Shown here one piece after another: positions 31,131 through 39,791 of a stretch of DNA of 64,000 bases (position 1 is the first letter of the stretch; each line of letters starts with the position of its first letter). Source of the stretch: an uncultured Solibacteraceae bacterium (GTDB taxonomy: Bacteria; Acidobacteriota; Terriglobia; Bryobacterales; Bryobacteraceae); contig CAZXVW010000001.1 in assembly GCA_964644025.1 (NCBI GenBank), positions 1,060 to 65,059 on the forward strand, written 5' to 3'. Made by a program: the position numbers and the translations under genes. The notes below the pieces were generated by a model. The model was not told the DNA's origin, searched no databases, and worked only from the letters and a program-made list of their open reading frames with translations.

Positions 31131-32179
31131 TCCGGAATCAGTCCCTCCGATTTCATCAGTTCGGCGTTGAGGACGGCTGCGCCGGCGGCTCCTCTTACAG
31201 TATTGTGCCCCATGGCAAGGAATTTCCAGTCCAGCACCGGGCACTGGCGGAGACGCCCGACAAAGACGGCCATGCCGTTTTCCCGGTTGGCGTCGCGGCG
31301 GGGCTGCGGCCGGTCCGGCTCTTTCATGTAGATCACCGGGCGCGGCGGCGCGCTCGGCAGAGCACGTTGCTGAGGCAAGCCGCGAAAACCGGTGAAGGCC
31401 TCGAGGATCGCCTCCTCGGCGGGCTTGTCCTGGAACTCCACCGCGACGGTTTCCGTATGACCGTCCAGCACCTCGACCCGGTTGCAGGCGGCGCTCACCT
31501 TCATCGGGTGCGGCGTGAAGGCCTGGCCGTCGCAATCGCCGAGGATCTTCAGCGGTTCGCTCTCCATCTTCGGCTCCTCGTTCTTGATGAACGGATAGAC
31601 ATTGGCGGTCATATCGTAGGCGGAATGGCCGGGGTAGCCGGCACCGGAGATCGCCTGCATGGTGGTGACGATCACCCGGGTGATGCCGAACGGCTTCAGC
31701 GCCGCCAGCGCCAGCGTCAGCACGATGGTGGAACAATTCGGGTTGGTTACGATGGCGCCTTTCCAGCCGCGGGCGGCCCGCTGGGCGGGAAGAATCCTCA
31801 GATGATCCGGGTTGATCTCGGGGATGAGCAACGGCACGTCCGGTTCCATGCGATGGTTGCGGGAATTGGAAACAACAATGTGACCGGCGCCGGCGAAGGC
31901 TTGCTCGATCTCGGTGGCCACCGAAGCATCCATGGCCGAGAACATCAACGCCGGAGCGTGACCCGGTTCGGATTTGTTCACCGTCATTTCGGCGACGCCG
32001 TCCGGCATGGGGCCATCCAGGCGCCATTTGGTGGCGTCCCGGTATTTGCGCCCGGCCGAGCGATCGCTGGCGCCGAGCCAGGCGATCTCAAACCAGGGGT
32101 GGCCCTGGAGGAAATTAATGAACTGCTGGCCCACCATGCCGGTGGCGCCAAGAATCCCAACTTCGATTTTGTTTGCCAT
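31127..32179 (-). CDS. asd: Aspartate-semialdehyde dehydrogenase
   Basis: KIEVGILGATGMVGQQF. NPNCSTIVLTLAL (active-site Cys). Length and order next to lysC. Confidence 0.93.
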   Translation of the reverse strand: MANKIEVGILGATGMVGQQFINFLQGHPWFEIAWLGASDRSAGRKYRDATKWRLDGPMPDGVAEMTVNKSEPGHAPALMFSAMDASVATEIEQAFAGAGHIVVSNSRNHRMEPDVPLLIPEINPDHLRILPAQRAARGWKGAIVTNPNCSTIVLTLALAALKPFGITRVIVTTMQAISGAGYPGHSAYDMTANVYPFIKNEEPKMESEPLKILGDCDGQAFTPHPMKVSAACNRVEVLDGHTETVAVEFQDKPAEEAILEAFTGFRGLPQQRALPSAPPRPVIYMKEPDRPQPRRDANRENGMAVFVGRLRQCPVLDWKFLAMGHNTVRGAAGAAVLNAELMKSEGLIPE

Positions 32180-32263
32180 AATCGTTACCTTGGAGTCCTT
32201 TGGATTGTAAAGCCCGGGCTGCCCGGCCTTGCCAAGACCGGAATGTCCGGCGACGGCGCCGAA

Positions 32264-33274
32264 TCAGCCGCGGGCCAGTAATCGCTTCACCATGTCCTTA
32301 TAGATCCCCACCGCATCGGCCAGTTCCTTCTTGGGCACCCGTTCCTCGGCGGTATGCGCCACGTGAATGGAGCCCGGGCCGATCAGGAACGGCTGGCCCC
32401 AGGTCCCATCGAAAGCCGGGATATCGGTGGTAAAGGCAACCACCGTGGTTTCGAAACCCTCGAGCGAGCCCAGGCGCAAGGCCGGGATGCAGATTACCTC
32501 GGTGGCCCGGGCGCGCCCGGCCACGGCCGCCTCGATGGCTCTCTTGACGGGCGCGGCGTCACTGACCAGCCGAATCATGATTTCCGCGGCGGCGTGATCG
32601 GCGATGACGTTCGGGGCGCGGCCGCCGGTGATCACGCCGATGTTCAGGGTGCTGGGGCCGAGCAGGCTGTCGCGTGGCAGCTCAATGCGCCGGACGTCAG
32701 CGAGCACATCGAGCAGCTTCTCGATAGCCGATTCGCCAAGCTCCGGATAAGCGGAGTGCGCCATGCGCCCTTCGGCGGTAATTTCGTAGCGGAGCGCGCC
32801 CTTGGTGCCGAGGGCCAGCTTGTTTCCCGTAGGCTCCCCGTTGATCAGGTAACGGGAGCCGCGCCGGTGCCTGGCAGCGGCGAAGGCCCCGGCGCTGTTT
32901 CTTTCCTCGCCGACGACGAACAGCAGCGCGAAGTTCCGCGTTCCTTCCTCCAGGAGCTGCTCGGCAGCGACGATCATGGCGGCCATCAGCCCCTTGACAT
33001 CGCAAGCGCCGCGTCCCCAGATAAAATCGTCATCCTCCCGCGAGGGGATAAACGGCGGCACCGTGTCCTGATGAGTAGAGAGCGTGACCACGGGCTTGTC
33101 CCAGTACGCCAGGACGTTAAAGCGGTCCCGTTCGACGTACATCTTCTCGGCGCGGCCGCCGTAACGCCCGGCGAGAGCGGACAGGTGATCATACACGAAC
33201 TCGCCCAGCCGTCTCTCGTTTCCGGTGATGGACTCGATGTCGATGAGGCGTCGCGCGAGTTCGAACACGGTCAT
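32264..33274 (-). CDS. M20-family deacylase (ArgE/DapE family), probably the DAP-pathway deacylase
   Basis: IDIESITGNE, STHQDTVPP, GRGACDVKG, VGEERNSAG. First gene behind a lysine riboswitch and upstream of asd-lysC-dapB. Confidence 0.8.
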   Translation of the reverse strand: MTVFELARRLIDIESITGNERRLGEFVYDHLSALAGRYGGRAEKMYVERDRFNVLAYWDKPVVTLSTHQDTVPPFIPSREDDDFIWGRGACDVKGLMAAMIVAAEQLLEEGTRNFALLFVVGEERNSAGAFAAARHRRGSRYLINGEPTGNKLALGTKGALRYEITAEGRMAHSAYPELGESAIEKLLDVLADVRRIELPRDSLLGPSTLNIGVITGGRAPNVIADHAAAEIMIRLVSDAAPVKRAIEAAVAGRARATEVICIPALRLGSLEGFETTVVAFTTDIPAFDGTWGQPFLIGPGSIHVAHTAEERVPKKELADAVGIYKDMVKRLLARG

Positions 33275-33417
33275 TGCATCTTCCCCGTCCGGGCGGTGGC
33301 CGGTGTGAGGCCGGCAGCCGCTCCTGAAGGCGGGCGCCGACCGAGATCAAGACACACGCGGCGCCCGGGTTCGAATGGAACGGGGAGGAAAGTGCGCGGG
33401 CGGCGCCACTTTGCCTC

Positions 33418-33598
33418 GGTAGCGCTCCATCCGATGAGCCGGATGACAGTGGGCGGGTATTAGCCCAGCCCCCCAACCGCCGGCGAAGCGAGCTTTCGCG
33501 GGCGGCTTCGGCGGGAAATCTCACAGCCCCTTTCGACGAACCTCCGAAGCTCCTCGGAACCGCCGGTCACGCCTACTAATGGCCCCCGCGCCTCTACC
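33418..33598 (-). promoter_or_regulatory. Lysine riboswitch (L-box)
   Basis: The minus strand reads GGUAGAGGCGCGGGGGCCAUUAGUAGGC ... GAGGAG ... CGAAAGGGGC ... CCGCCGAAG ... GGGCUGGGCUAAUACCCGCCCACUGUCAUCCGG...CGGAUGGAGCGCUACC. All hallmark L-box blocks are in order, with P1 closed by GGUAG/CUACC. Length about 180 nt, in the 5' leader of the lysine biosynthesis operon. Confidence 0.85.
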
Positions 33599-33729
33599 GG
33601 GAACTTTCACGATAGCGAAAACGGGGCGGGAACGTCAACCGGAGCGCAACGCCGCGGTGGCCGCCAACGCCCGGCGCCAAAGCAGCGCGGCGGCGAACGT
33701 GGCACGATAGATGAGAGGGAAGCAGCCCG

Positions 33730-33924
33730 ATGGAGTTTACTGTCGCCCGATTTGAAAGCTTTGCGGAGGCCGAAAAAGCGGAGCGGGACTTCTATCTCCG
33801 GTTGACGCCGGAGGAGCGGCTGAAGATCCTTCTGGATCTGGTTGCAATGGGACGGGAGGCGCAGGATGCCGCTGGCGAAAGACTTGCGCGAGTTTATCGC
33901 ATTGTTGAACTCGCAGGGAGTTGA
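33730..33924 (+). CDS. Small hypothetical protein, putative partner of the downstream nucleotidyltransferase-fold protein
   Basis: 64-aa ORF MEFTVARFESFAEAEKAERDFYLRLTPEERLKILLDL... Overlaps the next gene by 59 nt. No family recognised with certainty. Confidence 0.4.
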   Translation: MEFTVARFESFAEAEKAERDFYLRLTPEERLKILLDLVAMGREAQDAAGERLARVYRIVELAGS

Positions 33925-34315
33925 ATACTTGATCGTTGGCGCGCATGCTTTGGCCTTCCATGGACGGCCACGTTACACCGGCGATCTGGACGTGCTGGTA
34001 CGCGTTTCGGTGGAGAACGCATCGCGCCTGGAAAAAGCGGTACATGCGTTCGGTTTTTCCTCGGCCGGAATTAGCGCTGCAGACTTCCTTGCACCGGGGC
34101 GAGTGATCCAGTTGGGCCGGGCTCCGCTCCGGATCGATTTGCTCACGAGCATTACCGGGGTCGAGTTCGAGGAAGCCTGGAAGCGGCGCGTGGCGGCCGA
34201 GCTGGATCACTTGCCGGTCTATTTTCTGGACCGCGAGTCCCTGATCCGCAACAAGCGGGCCACGGGACGCGCGCAGGATGTGGCTGATCTGGAGGCGCTG
34301 GGCGAAAAGCCGTAG
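33866..34315 (+). CDS. Minimal nucleotidyltransferase-fold protein (uncharacterised family)
   Basis: ATG 33866 with GGGAGG at 33852..33857. VGAHALAFHGRPRYTGDLDVLV fits the hG[GS]-x(9-13)-Dh[DE]h NTase signature. Confidence 0.65.
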   Translation: MPLAKDLREFIALLNSQGVEYLIVGAHALAFHGRPRYTGDLDVLVRVSVENASRLEKAVHAFGFSSAGISAADFLAPGRVIQLGRAPLRIDLLTSITGVEFEEAWKRRVAAELDHLPVYFLDRESLIRNKRATGRAQDVADLEALGEKP

Positions 34316-34358
34316 GTTCCGGTGCGGCGGCAGCCATCCGAATCCGGCTGGGCTCAGT

Positions 34359-36716
34359 TCAGATTCGCATTTGCTCGGCCGGGCCGGCGATGGGTTCCCA
34401 GCGGGCTGACAGTTGCGGCTTGCCTTCCATACCGGCCCAGGCCTGGCCCTTCCCTTCGGGAGTGCGGATGAGGATGCCCGCGCGCCCGGTCTCCCGCTTC
34501 CATTGAAACGTGACCGGCTCCTGCTCATCGCGGACGAGCATCACGGCGGCGATGACAGTGGCGGCGGCGCGCCGCCGGGTAGAGGCGGTGAAGTGCCACT
34601 GGTTCGGCATGTCCTCCTGATACTCGGGCGGATTGCCCTCGTTGAACGGCGTGCCGAACCTGTCGGTCTGAGAAAGTTCGAAACCGCCCTGGCAGGCCAG
34701 GCGGACAGTGAGCGAGGCGCCCTTGCGCGCGGAGACGACGGCGTTGTTGCGCTCATCGACCTTCATCTTGTCAAAGGCGTGAAGCAGCCACTGGAACCGG
34801 GCGGGGCCGGGCGCTTCGAGTTCATCGACAACGAGGAAGACGCCGGGACGCAAGAACAGAACGTGGCGGAGGAACCGCTTCAGCTTACCGGCGTAGGCGG
34901 GCGTCGCATCGCCGCAAACGTAGGTGATGGCATGCTGGTGCCGGAACGCGGTGATCTTGCCGTTGGCCCAGGGCTGGCGAACCACCTGGCCCTCGCCGTC
35001 CACCAGGATCGCGTTGTTGGCCTTGGTCTGGCGGGTCCAGAGCGCGTGGTGCGGCATTCCGTAAGCAGGCCCGTAATAGCCGGAAGGGATCGCCAGCGCC
35101 CGGCCGCCCTTGAGGATGGCGAAGCTGTTCTGGTCGGCGTGGCTGTGGCTGACGCTGCCGTAAGGGCTGGACTTGAACAGAAAGAAAGTGTCCTGCCGGG
35201 GCCTGTCCAGGGCGCTGTGCAAGCCGGCCCACCCGACGCCCCGGAAGACGGCCGCGGCGGGAAGTCCACGGGGCGGCGCGGGGCGCACGTTGTCCTCGGT
35301 GATGAGCGAGATCATCGGGTCGGAGCCGGCCAGGGAAGCGCCGGTCTGGTCCGCCCACCAGACGCAGGCAGGGTCATGAAAGCGGCGCCCGTGATGCATC
35401 ATCAGAGCCGCGGCGGTGGAGCCAACGCCGCCCCGCTCAGTGCCGTCGCCGAACGGCTTGATCTCGCCGACCGGCGAGGCGCAGTAGAGGAAGAAGCGGC
35501 GGATCTTGCGGAAGAACGGGCGGCGGTACAAGTCGAAACCCGTGGCGCTGCGGAGGCTTTCCAGCGCGGGCAGGTAGATGGTGTTGTAAGCCTGAGCATA
35601 GCTGATGCCTTCGGCCCAGCCGCCGTCAATACCAGCCCAGTGAGGATAGAACGTGGTGAGAGCGCGCAGCGAGTAGTCGAGCCATTCGGCCGCGTCTGGA
35701 GCTTCGTCTTTCAAGACCACGGCGTACTCGCTCAAATAAGCGATCAGGCGCCCGTTGTGGCTTTCGCCAGGCCGGGCGAGGTAATCGGCGCGGCGCAGGC
35801 GTTCAAGCACCTGGCGGGCGCGGCCGATGGTCATCCGGCGGAGGCGGGCGCGCTCACCGTCATCGAGCAGCGGAAACAGCCAGTCGTAGGCGCGGTGGCC
35901 GTGGCGGGCCATGCTGAGGCCCGGTTCGTCGCCGTAGCGGGAGAGCACCGACATCGGGCCGTCAATGCCCCAGGTTTCCACTTCGAGCAGGATCTTTTTG
36001 GCCGCCAGGCCGTAGTGCTCCTCGCCGGTGAGCAACCAGGCCAGCGCCAGGATGCTCATGCCGCCGTCGATGAAGCGACGGAAGTCGCGAAAGTACGCCG
36101 TGTAACCCATCCGCTGGCGGGTGCGGCCTTCGAAGGTGTGATACCGCGGCGGCTTGGGCAGTGGGAGCTTGAGAGCTTCGTCGGCGCGCGGCCGGAGATC
36201 TTCCCATGCGCGGCGGCGGGTGGTGCGGAGCGTGGCGCGGATTTCTTCGAGTTCCCTGGCGGGGAAGATGTAGCGCGGGTGCGTGCCCGGGACGCTGGCG
36301 AGCAGCTCCCGCGGTTCTTTCCACGGCAGCTCCGGCAGATGGGCGGGGACGGTGAAGCGCCAGGCGCCGCGGCGGGCGACGACGGAGCCGGAAGCGCCCA
36401 GGGCCTCGACGTCCCAGGTATAGGAGCCGGGCGGGAACGTCCGGTCGGGCAGGTGCACCGGATCAAGCAGGCGAGGACTCTCGTACACAGTCTTTCCGCT
36501 CGTGTCACGGACTACCAGGCGATAGCCGGAGGCGCCCGGGGCGCGCCACCAGGCGAAGCCCGGCGGGTTGACACCGGCAGCGGCGCCATCGGCGGGGCGA
36601 GGGAACAGGCCGCGCGGTGGCGGAGTTTGCGGGAAGGCAACAGCGGCGCATAAGGCCTTCGGCGGAACAAGCAGCGGCGCAGCGGCGCCATGGAGAAAAT
36701 CGCGGCGGCGGAGCAT
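34359..36716 (-). CDS. Heparinase II/III-like protein (polysaccharide lyase-like), exported
   Basis: MLRRRDFLHGAAAPLL leader. C-terminal FKSSPYGSVSHSHADQNSFAILKGGRAL typical of the heparinase II/III domain. N-terminal alpha-toroid-like region. Confidence 0.75.
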   Translation of the reverse strand: MLRRRDFLHGAAAPLLVPPKALCAAVAFPQTPPPRGLFPRPADGAAAGVNPPGFAWWRAPGASGYRLVVRDTSGKTVYESPRLLDPVHLPDRTFPPGSYTWDVEALGASGSVVARRGAWRFTVPAHLPELPWKEPRELLASVPGTHPRYIFPARELEEIRATLRTTRRRAWEDLRPRADEALKLPLPKPPRYHTFEGRTRQRMGYTAYFRDFRRFIDGGMSILALAWLLTGEEHYGLAAKKILLEVETWGIDGPMSVLSRYGDEPGLSMARHGHRAYDWLFPLLDDGERARLRRMTIGRARQVLERLRRADYLARPGESHNGRLIAYLSEYAVVLKDEAPDAAEWLDYSLRALTTFYPHWAGIDGGWAEGISYAQAYNTIYLPALESLRSATGFDLYRRPFFRKIRRFFLYCASPVGEIKPFGDGTERGGVGSTAAALMMHHGRRFHDPACVWWADQTGASLAGSDPMISLITEDNVRPAPPRGLPAAAVFRGVGWAGLHSALDRPRQDTFFLFKSSPYGSVSHSHADQNSFAILKGGRALAIPSGYYGPAYGMPHHALWTRQTKANNAILVDGEGQVVRQPWANGKITAFRHQHAITYVCGDATPAYAGKLKRFLRHVLFLRPGVFLVVDELEAPGPARFQWLLHAFDKMKVDERNNAVVSARKGASLTVRLACQGGFELSQTDRFGTPFNEGNPPEYQEDMPNQWHFTASTRRRAAATVIAAVMLVRDEQEPVTFQWKRETGRAGILIRTPEGKGQAWAGMEGKPQLSARWEPIAGPAEQMRI

Positions 36717-36762
36717 GGTGAATCCAAGATACCAGGATCGAGCCGTCCCTGGAAATGGAAGT

Positions 36763-38787
36763 TCAGCGATCGAGGCGCGACCACCGCTTCCTGGCCGCCA
36801 GCAGCCAGAGGAAGCCAGCGAGGAATGCCAGCGCCGAAGCGAGCCGGGCGAGCCGCATCTCCAGTCCGCCGTCGTAAGTAAGCCGGATGGTGCAAGGACC
36901 GTCGCAGTTCGGGTCGATGAGCATCAGGCCCAGTCCGTCGCGGCGAATGGGGCAGGAGGCGCCGTTCCAGCGCGCGCGCCAGCCAGGAGCATAGGTCACC
37001 TGAACGGAAATCAATTGCCCGGGCTCAAGACTGGCGGTGATTTCGGCCTCATGCGGACTGAGCCATTTGCAGGCGGCCGGGGGCGCTTGCGGGTCAGCGA
37101 GCGCGGCGAGATAGCCGGCCAGTGGTTCGGTGTCCTGGTAACCGGCAGGGGTCCGGGAGACGGCTTGTCCGGGCGCGATGACGTGCGCCAGGGAGCCGGA
37201 GACGCCGGGAACTTCGTAGATGACGTCATCACCGTCCCGCCACAGCTCACGGAACGTCCCGGCGAACTTGCCCGGGTCGCGGAAGTCACGGAACGCGTCG
37301 CGGCTGCCCGGCCCTCCCACGATGATCGCCTTCACTCCGAAGGCCCGCAACCAGGAAGCGGTGCGGGCCGGATCGTTTTCCGCAAACGTGACGCCGTAGA
37401 GAACATGAGGGAGAAGCGGGTTGGTGATCCCCTGATCAAACCCTCCACCGAGCATGGGATTGTCGGTGAAGGCGGTAAACCAGAACCGCGTGGAACCGGC
37501 GGCAAAAGCGCGCGCGCCGGGCAGGTTCCGGCCGAGCCAGCGGGCTGTTTCGTACTCGATGCCGCGCTGCATATCAGCCGGCTGAACCAGACCGCGGGCA
37601 TAAGAGTGGTAGCGGCGGGCTTGCACGATCACCAGCAAGACGAACAGCGCCAGCAGGACGGTTCGGACGCGGCGCGGCAGGCGGGCGGCCGCGAACACGG
37701 CCGCCAGCGCAAGAGCCATTTCCAGTTCCAAGTGATACCGCTCGGGCTGGGGGACCAGGTAGACGCCGAACCAGTACCGGGCGAGGACGATGGCGCCGAG
37801 AATCAGCGACAGATAGCAGGAAAACCGAAGGCATGGGGAGGCGCGGGTCCGGCCGAGCGAGAAACGGAGCGCGGCGAGCGCGGCCGCCAGCAGCAGCAGG
37901 TACAGCAATTGTGAGGGGCCGAGCGGGTAATGGCCCACCGTGTACTGAGCATTGTGACGAATGGCGGCGATGGTGGATGGCGGAATCCAGGGGGAGGCGA
38001 TGGCATAGGCAAGGACTCCGATCCCGGCTGCGAGCAGGAGTTTCCCGAGCCAGCGGCGGTCCGCTTCCGCCAGCAGGTAGGCCAGCACGGCGGCGGCCAA
38101 GGCGAGGGCGCCGAGCCAGTTGGTGACTACGACCGCCGCGGCGGTCAACGCGGCGGCGTATACGGGGACGGGCCGGCGTTTGCGCAAGGCCCAGCCGAGC
38201 GCCGCCAGGGCGATGGGCACGAGCGTCATGGCGGCCACGTGAGGCCCCTCGCCGTAGCGGACCAGCGCCTGCAAGCGGCGGGCATAAAACGGGCTGCCCA
38301 TGTCGGCAGCCACCGCCGGGATCAGCAGGGCGGACGGCGAGATCACCGAGTACAGCAGCGCGGCCGCGAAACTCGGCCAGCGCTCGCCGGAGAACTTCCA
38401 GGCGAACCAGAACAGCGTTACGGGTCCGAGCGAGTACATCGCGGCGGTCACGGCGTGGTAGGCCAGCGCCGTCGAGACGCCGGAGACGGCGGCCGCGCCC
38501 GCCACCAGGATGTGCAGCAGCGGCGGGTAGGTGTTCTGGAACGGGATGCCGCCATACCAGAGGGGAAACCACTGAAACTCCCCCGGATGATGAAGCATCC
38601 ACCGGCTGAGGCCGATGTAGGCGGCTTCAATGGAGTCCCGGTACTGAGTGTATTCGGTGACAAACAGCCGGCTGCACACCCAGGAATTGGCGCCGAGCAG
38701 GAGGAGTGCGAGTGCAAGCGGGCTCGAAAGCCGGGATAGAATGGAGGATCTGAGGTCGCGGGACAAGGCTGTGTGTTGGATCAGCAA
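36763..38787 (-). CDS. Large polytopic membrane protein, GT-C-like (uncharacterised)
   Basis: More than 10 hydrophobic segments, then a soluble C-terminal region and a final TM. WFPLWYGGIPFQNTYPPLLH loop motif. TTG start at 38787 (uncertain). Confidence 0.6.
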   Translation of the reverse strand: MLIQHTALSRDLRSSILSRLSSPLALALLLLGANSWVCSRLFVTEYTQYRDSIEAAYIGLSRWMLHHPGEFQWFPLWYGGIPFQNTYPPLLHILVAGAAAVSGVSTALAYHAVTAAMYSLGPVTLFWFAWKFSGERWPSFAAALLYSVISPSALLIPAVAADMGSPFYARRLQALVRYGEGPHVAAMTLVPIALAALGWALRKRRPVPVYAAALTAAAVVVTNWLGALALAAAVLAYLLAEADRRWLGKLLLAAGIGVLAYAIASPWIPPSTIAAIRHNAQYTVGHYPLGPSQLLYLLLLAAALAALRFSLGRTRASPCLRFSCYLSLILGAIVLARYWFGVYLVPQPERYHLELEMALALAAVFAAARLPRRVRTVLLALFVLLVIVQARRYHSYARGLVQPADMQRGIEYETARWLGRNLPGARAFAAGSTRFWFTAFTDNPMLGGGFDQGITNPLLPHVLYGVTFAENDPARTASWLRAFGVKAIIVGGPGSRDAFRDFRDPGKFAGTFRELWRDGDDVIYEVPGVSGSLAHVIAPGQAVSRTPAGYQDTEPLAGYLAALADPQAPPAACKWLSPHEAEITASLEPGQLISVQVTYAPGWRARWNGASCPIRRDGLGLMLIDPNCDGPCTIRLTYDGGLEMRLARLASALAFLAGFLWLLAARKRWSRLDR

Positions 38788-38867
38788 CCATTGTCCCGCG
38801 CCCGGCGCCCCGGCGCCAGTCCTGGCAGGCGCACCGAGACTGTTGCCGGCCGCGGCAATTCAATCAC

Positions 38868-39740
38868 GTGAAGCTATCCTGGCTAGAACGGCTTTGGTGG
38901 CTCCTGCGACGGGCCTTCATCGCAGTATACGAAGACGGCTGCCTGGGCATTGCCAAGGGCGCTGCCTATTCGGGGCTGCTGTCATTCTTCCCGGTTCTCA
39001 CCACCGTGGCGCTGGTTCTGGTGAAGGTCAAGGCGGAACAAGTAGCGGAGGTGATCTCCCGGTTTCTGTTCGAAGTGGTCCCGCCGGGGACCCAAGAGCT
39101 GGTGATGCGGCAGTTCGCCTTTCGCGGGGAAAAGCCGGGGTCGCTCCTGGTGATCGCCGGACTGGTATCACTGGGAGCGGCATCGGGTTTCATCCTCAGC
39201 CTGGTCGAAGGTTTCAACGCGGTGTATCACGTGCCCACGGAACGGCCGCTGGTGCACGGCCGGCTGGTGGCAATCGGGCTGGTGTTCTCTTCGGCGCTAC
39301 CGGCGTTGTGCGCCTCGGCGATGATCATTTTCGGCGCCCGCACCGAACTGTGGCTGGTCAGGATGCTGGGCGTGATCGGGCAGGGCGAAGAATTAGTGGG
39401 CGGCCTGCTGTTGCTCGGCAAGTTGCTGCGGTATGGGATGGCTTACGTGGCGATGTCGGCGACCCTCCTGCTGTTATACAAGTTCGGCCCGAACCGTCCG
39501 CAGCCGTGGCGCCATATCTGGCCGGGCTCACTGGTAGCGGCGCTACTGTGGTTTCTGGCTACGCTGGGCTTTTCCTGGTACGTGCGCAATATCGCCGACT
39601 ACAACCTCATTTACGGAAGCATCGGCACGGTCATCGCCTTGCTGCTGTGGATGTACATTCTCTCGCTGGTCACCCTGTACGGTTGCGCCTTCAACGCCGA
39701 GCGCGAACGGCTGGAAAAAGCGCGCGGCGGTGAACTTTGA
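38868..39740 (+). CDS. YihY/BrkB-family inner-membrane protein
   Basis: GTG start. LGIAKGAAYSGLLSFFPVL and YGSIGTVIALLLWMYILSLVTLYG are typical YihY blocks. Confidence 0.8.
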   Translation: MKLSWLERLWWLLRRAFIAVYEDGCLGIAKGAAYSGLLSFFPVLTTVALVLVKVKAEQVAEVISRFLFEVVPPGTQELVMRQFAFRGEKPGSLLVIAGLVSLGAASGFILSLVEGFNAVYHVPTERPLVHGRLVAIGLVFSSALPALCASAMIIFGARTELWLVRMLGVIGQGEELVGGLLLLGKLLRYGMAYVAMSATLLLLYKFGPNRPQPWRHIWPGSLVAALLWFLATLGFSWYVRNIADYNLIYGSIGTVIALLLWMYILSLVTLYGCAFNAERERLEKARGGEL

Positions 39741-39791
39741 GCCAGAGTTTTCGTTTCCCGTGCGGTATTCTTTAGGCAAAGGAGAGCGGCG

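Noticed and set aside
29784-32027. 747-aa ORF that would fuse aspartate kinase to a long N-terminal extension
   Set aside because: The extension runs through asd in another frame and is Arg/Pro/Gly junk. The conserved MKFGGTSV kinase N-terminus begins at ATG 31130, which overlaps the asd stop as ATGA.
33367-33376. gggttcgaat, resembling a tRNA T-loop
   Set aside because: The flanks do not form a T-stem, acceptor stem or anticodon arm. It lies inside the riboswitch expression platform on the opposite strand.
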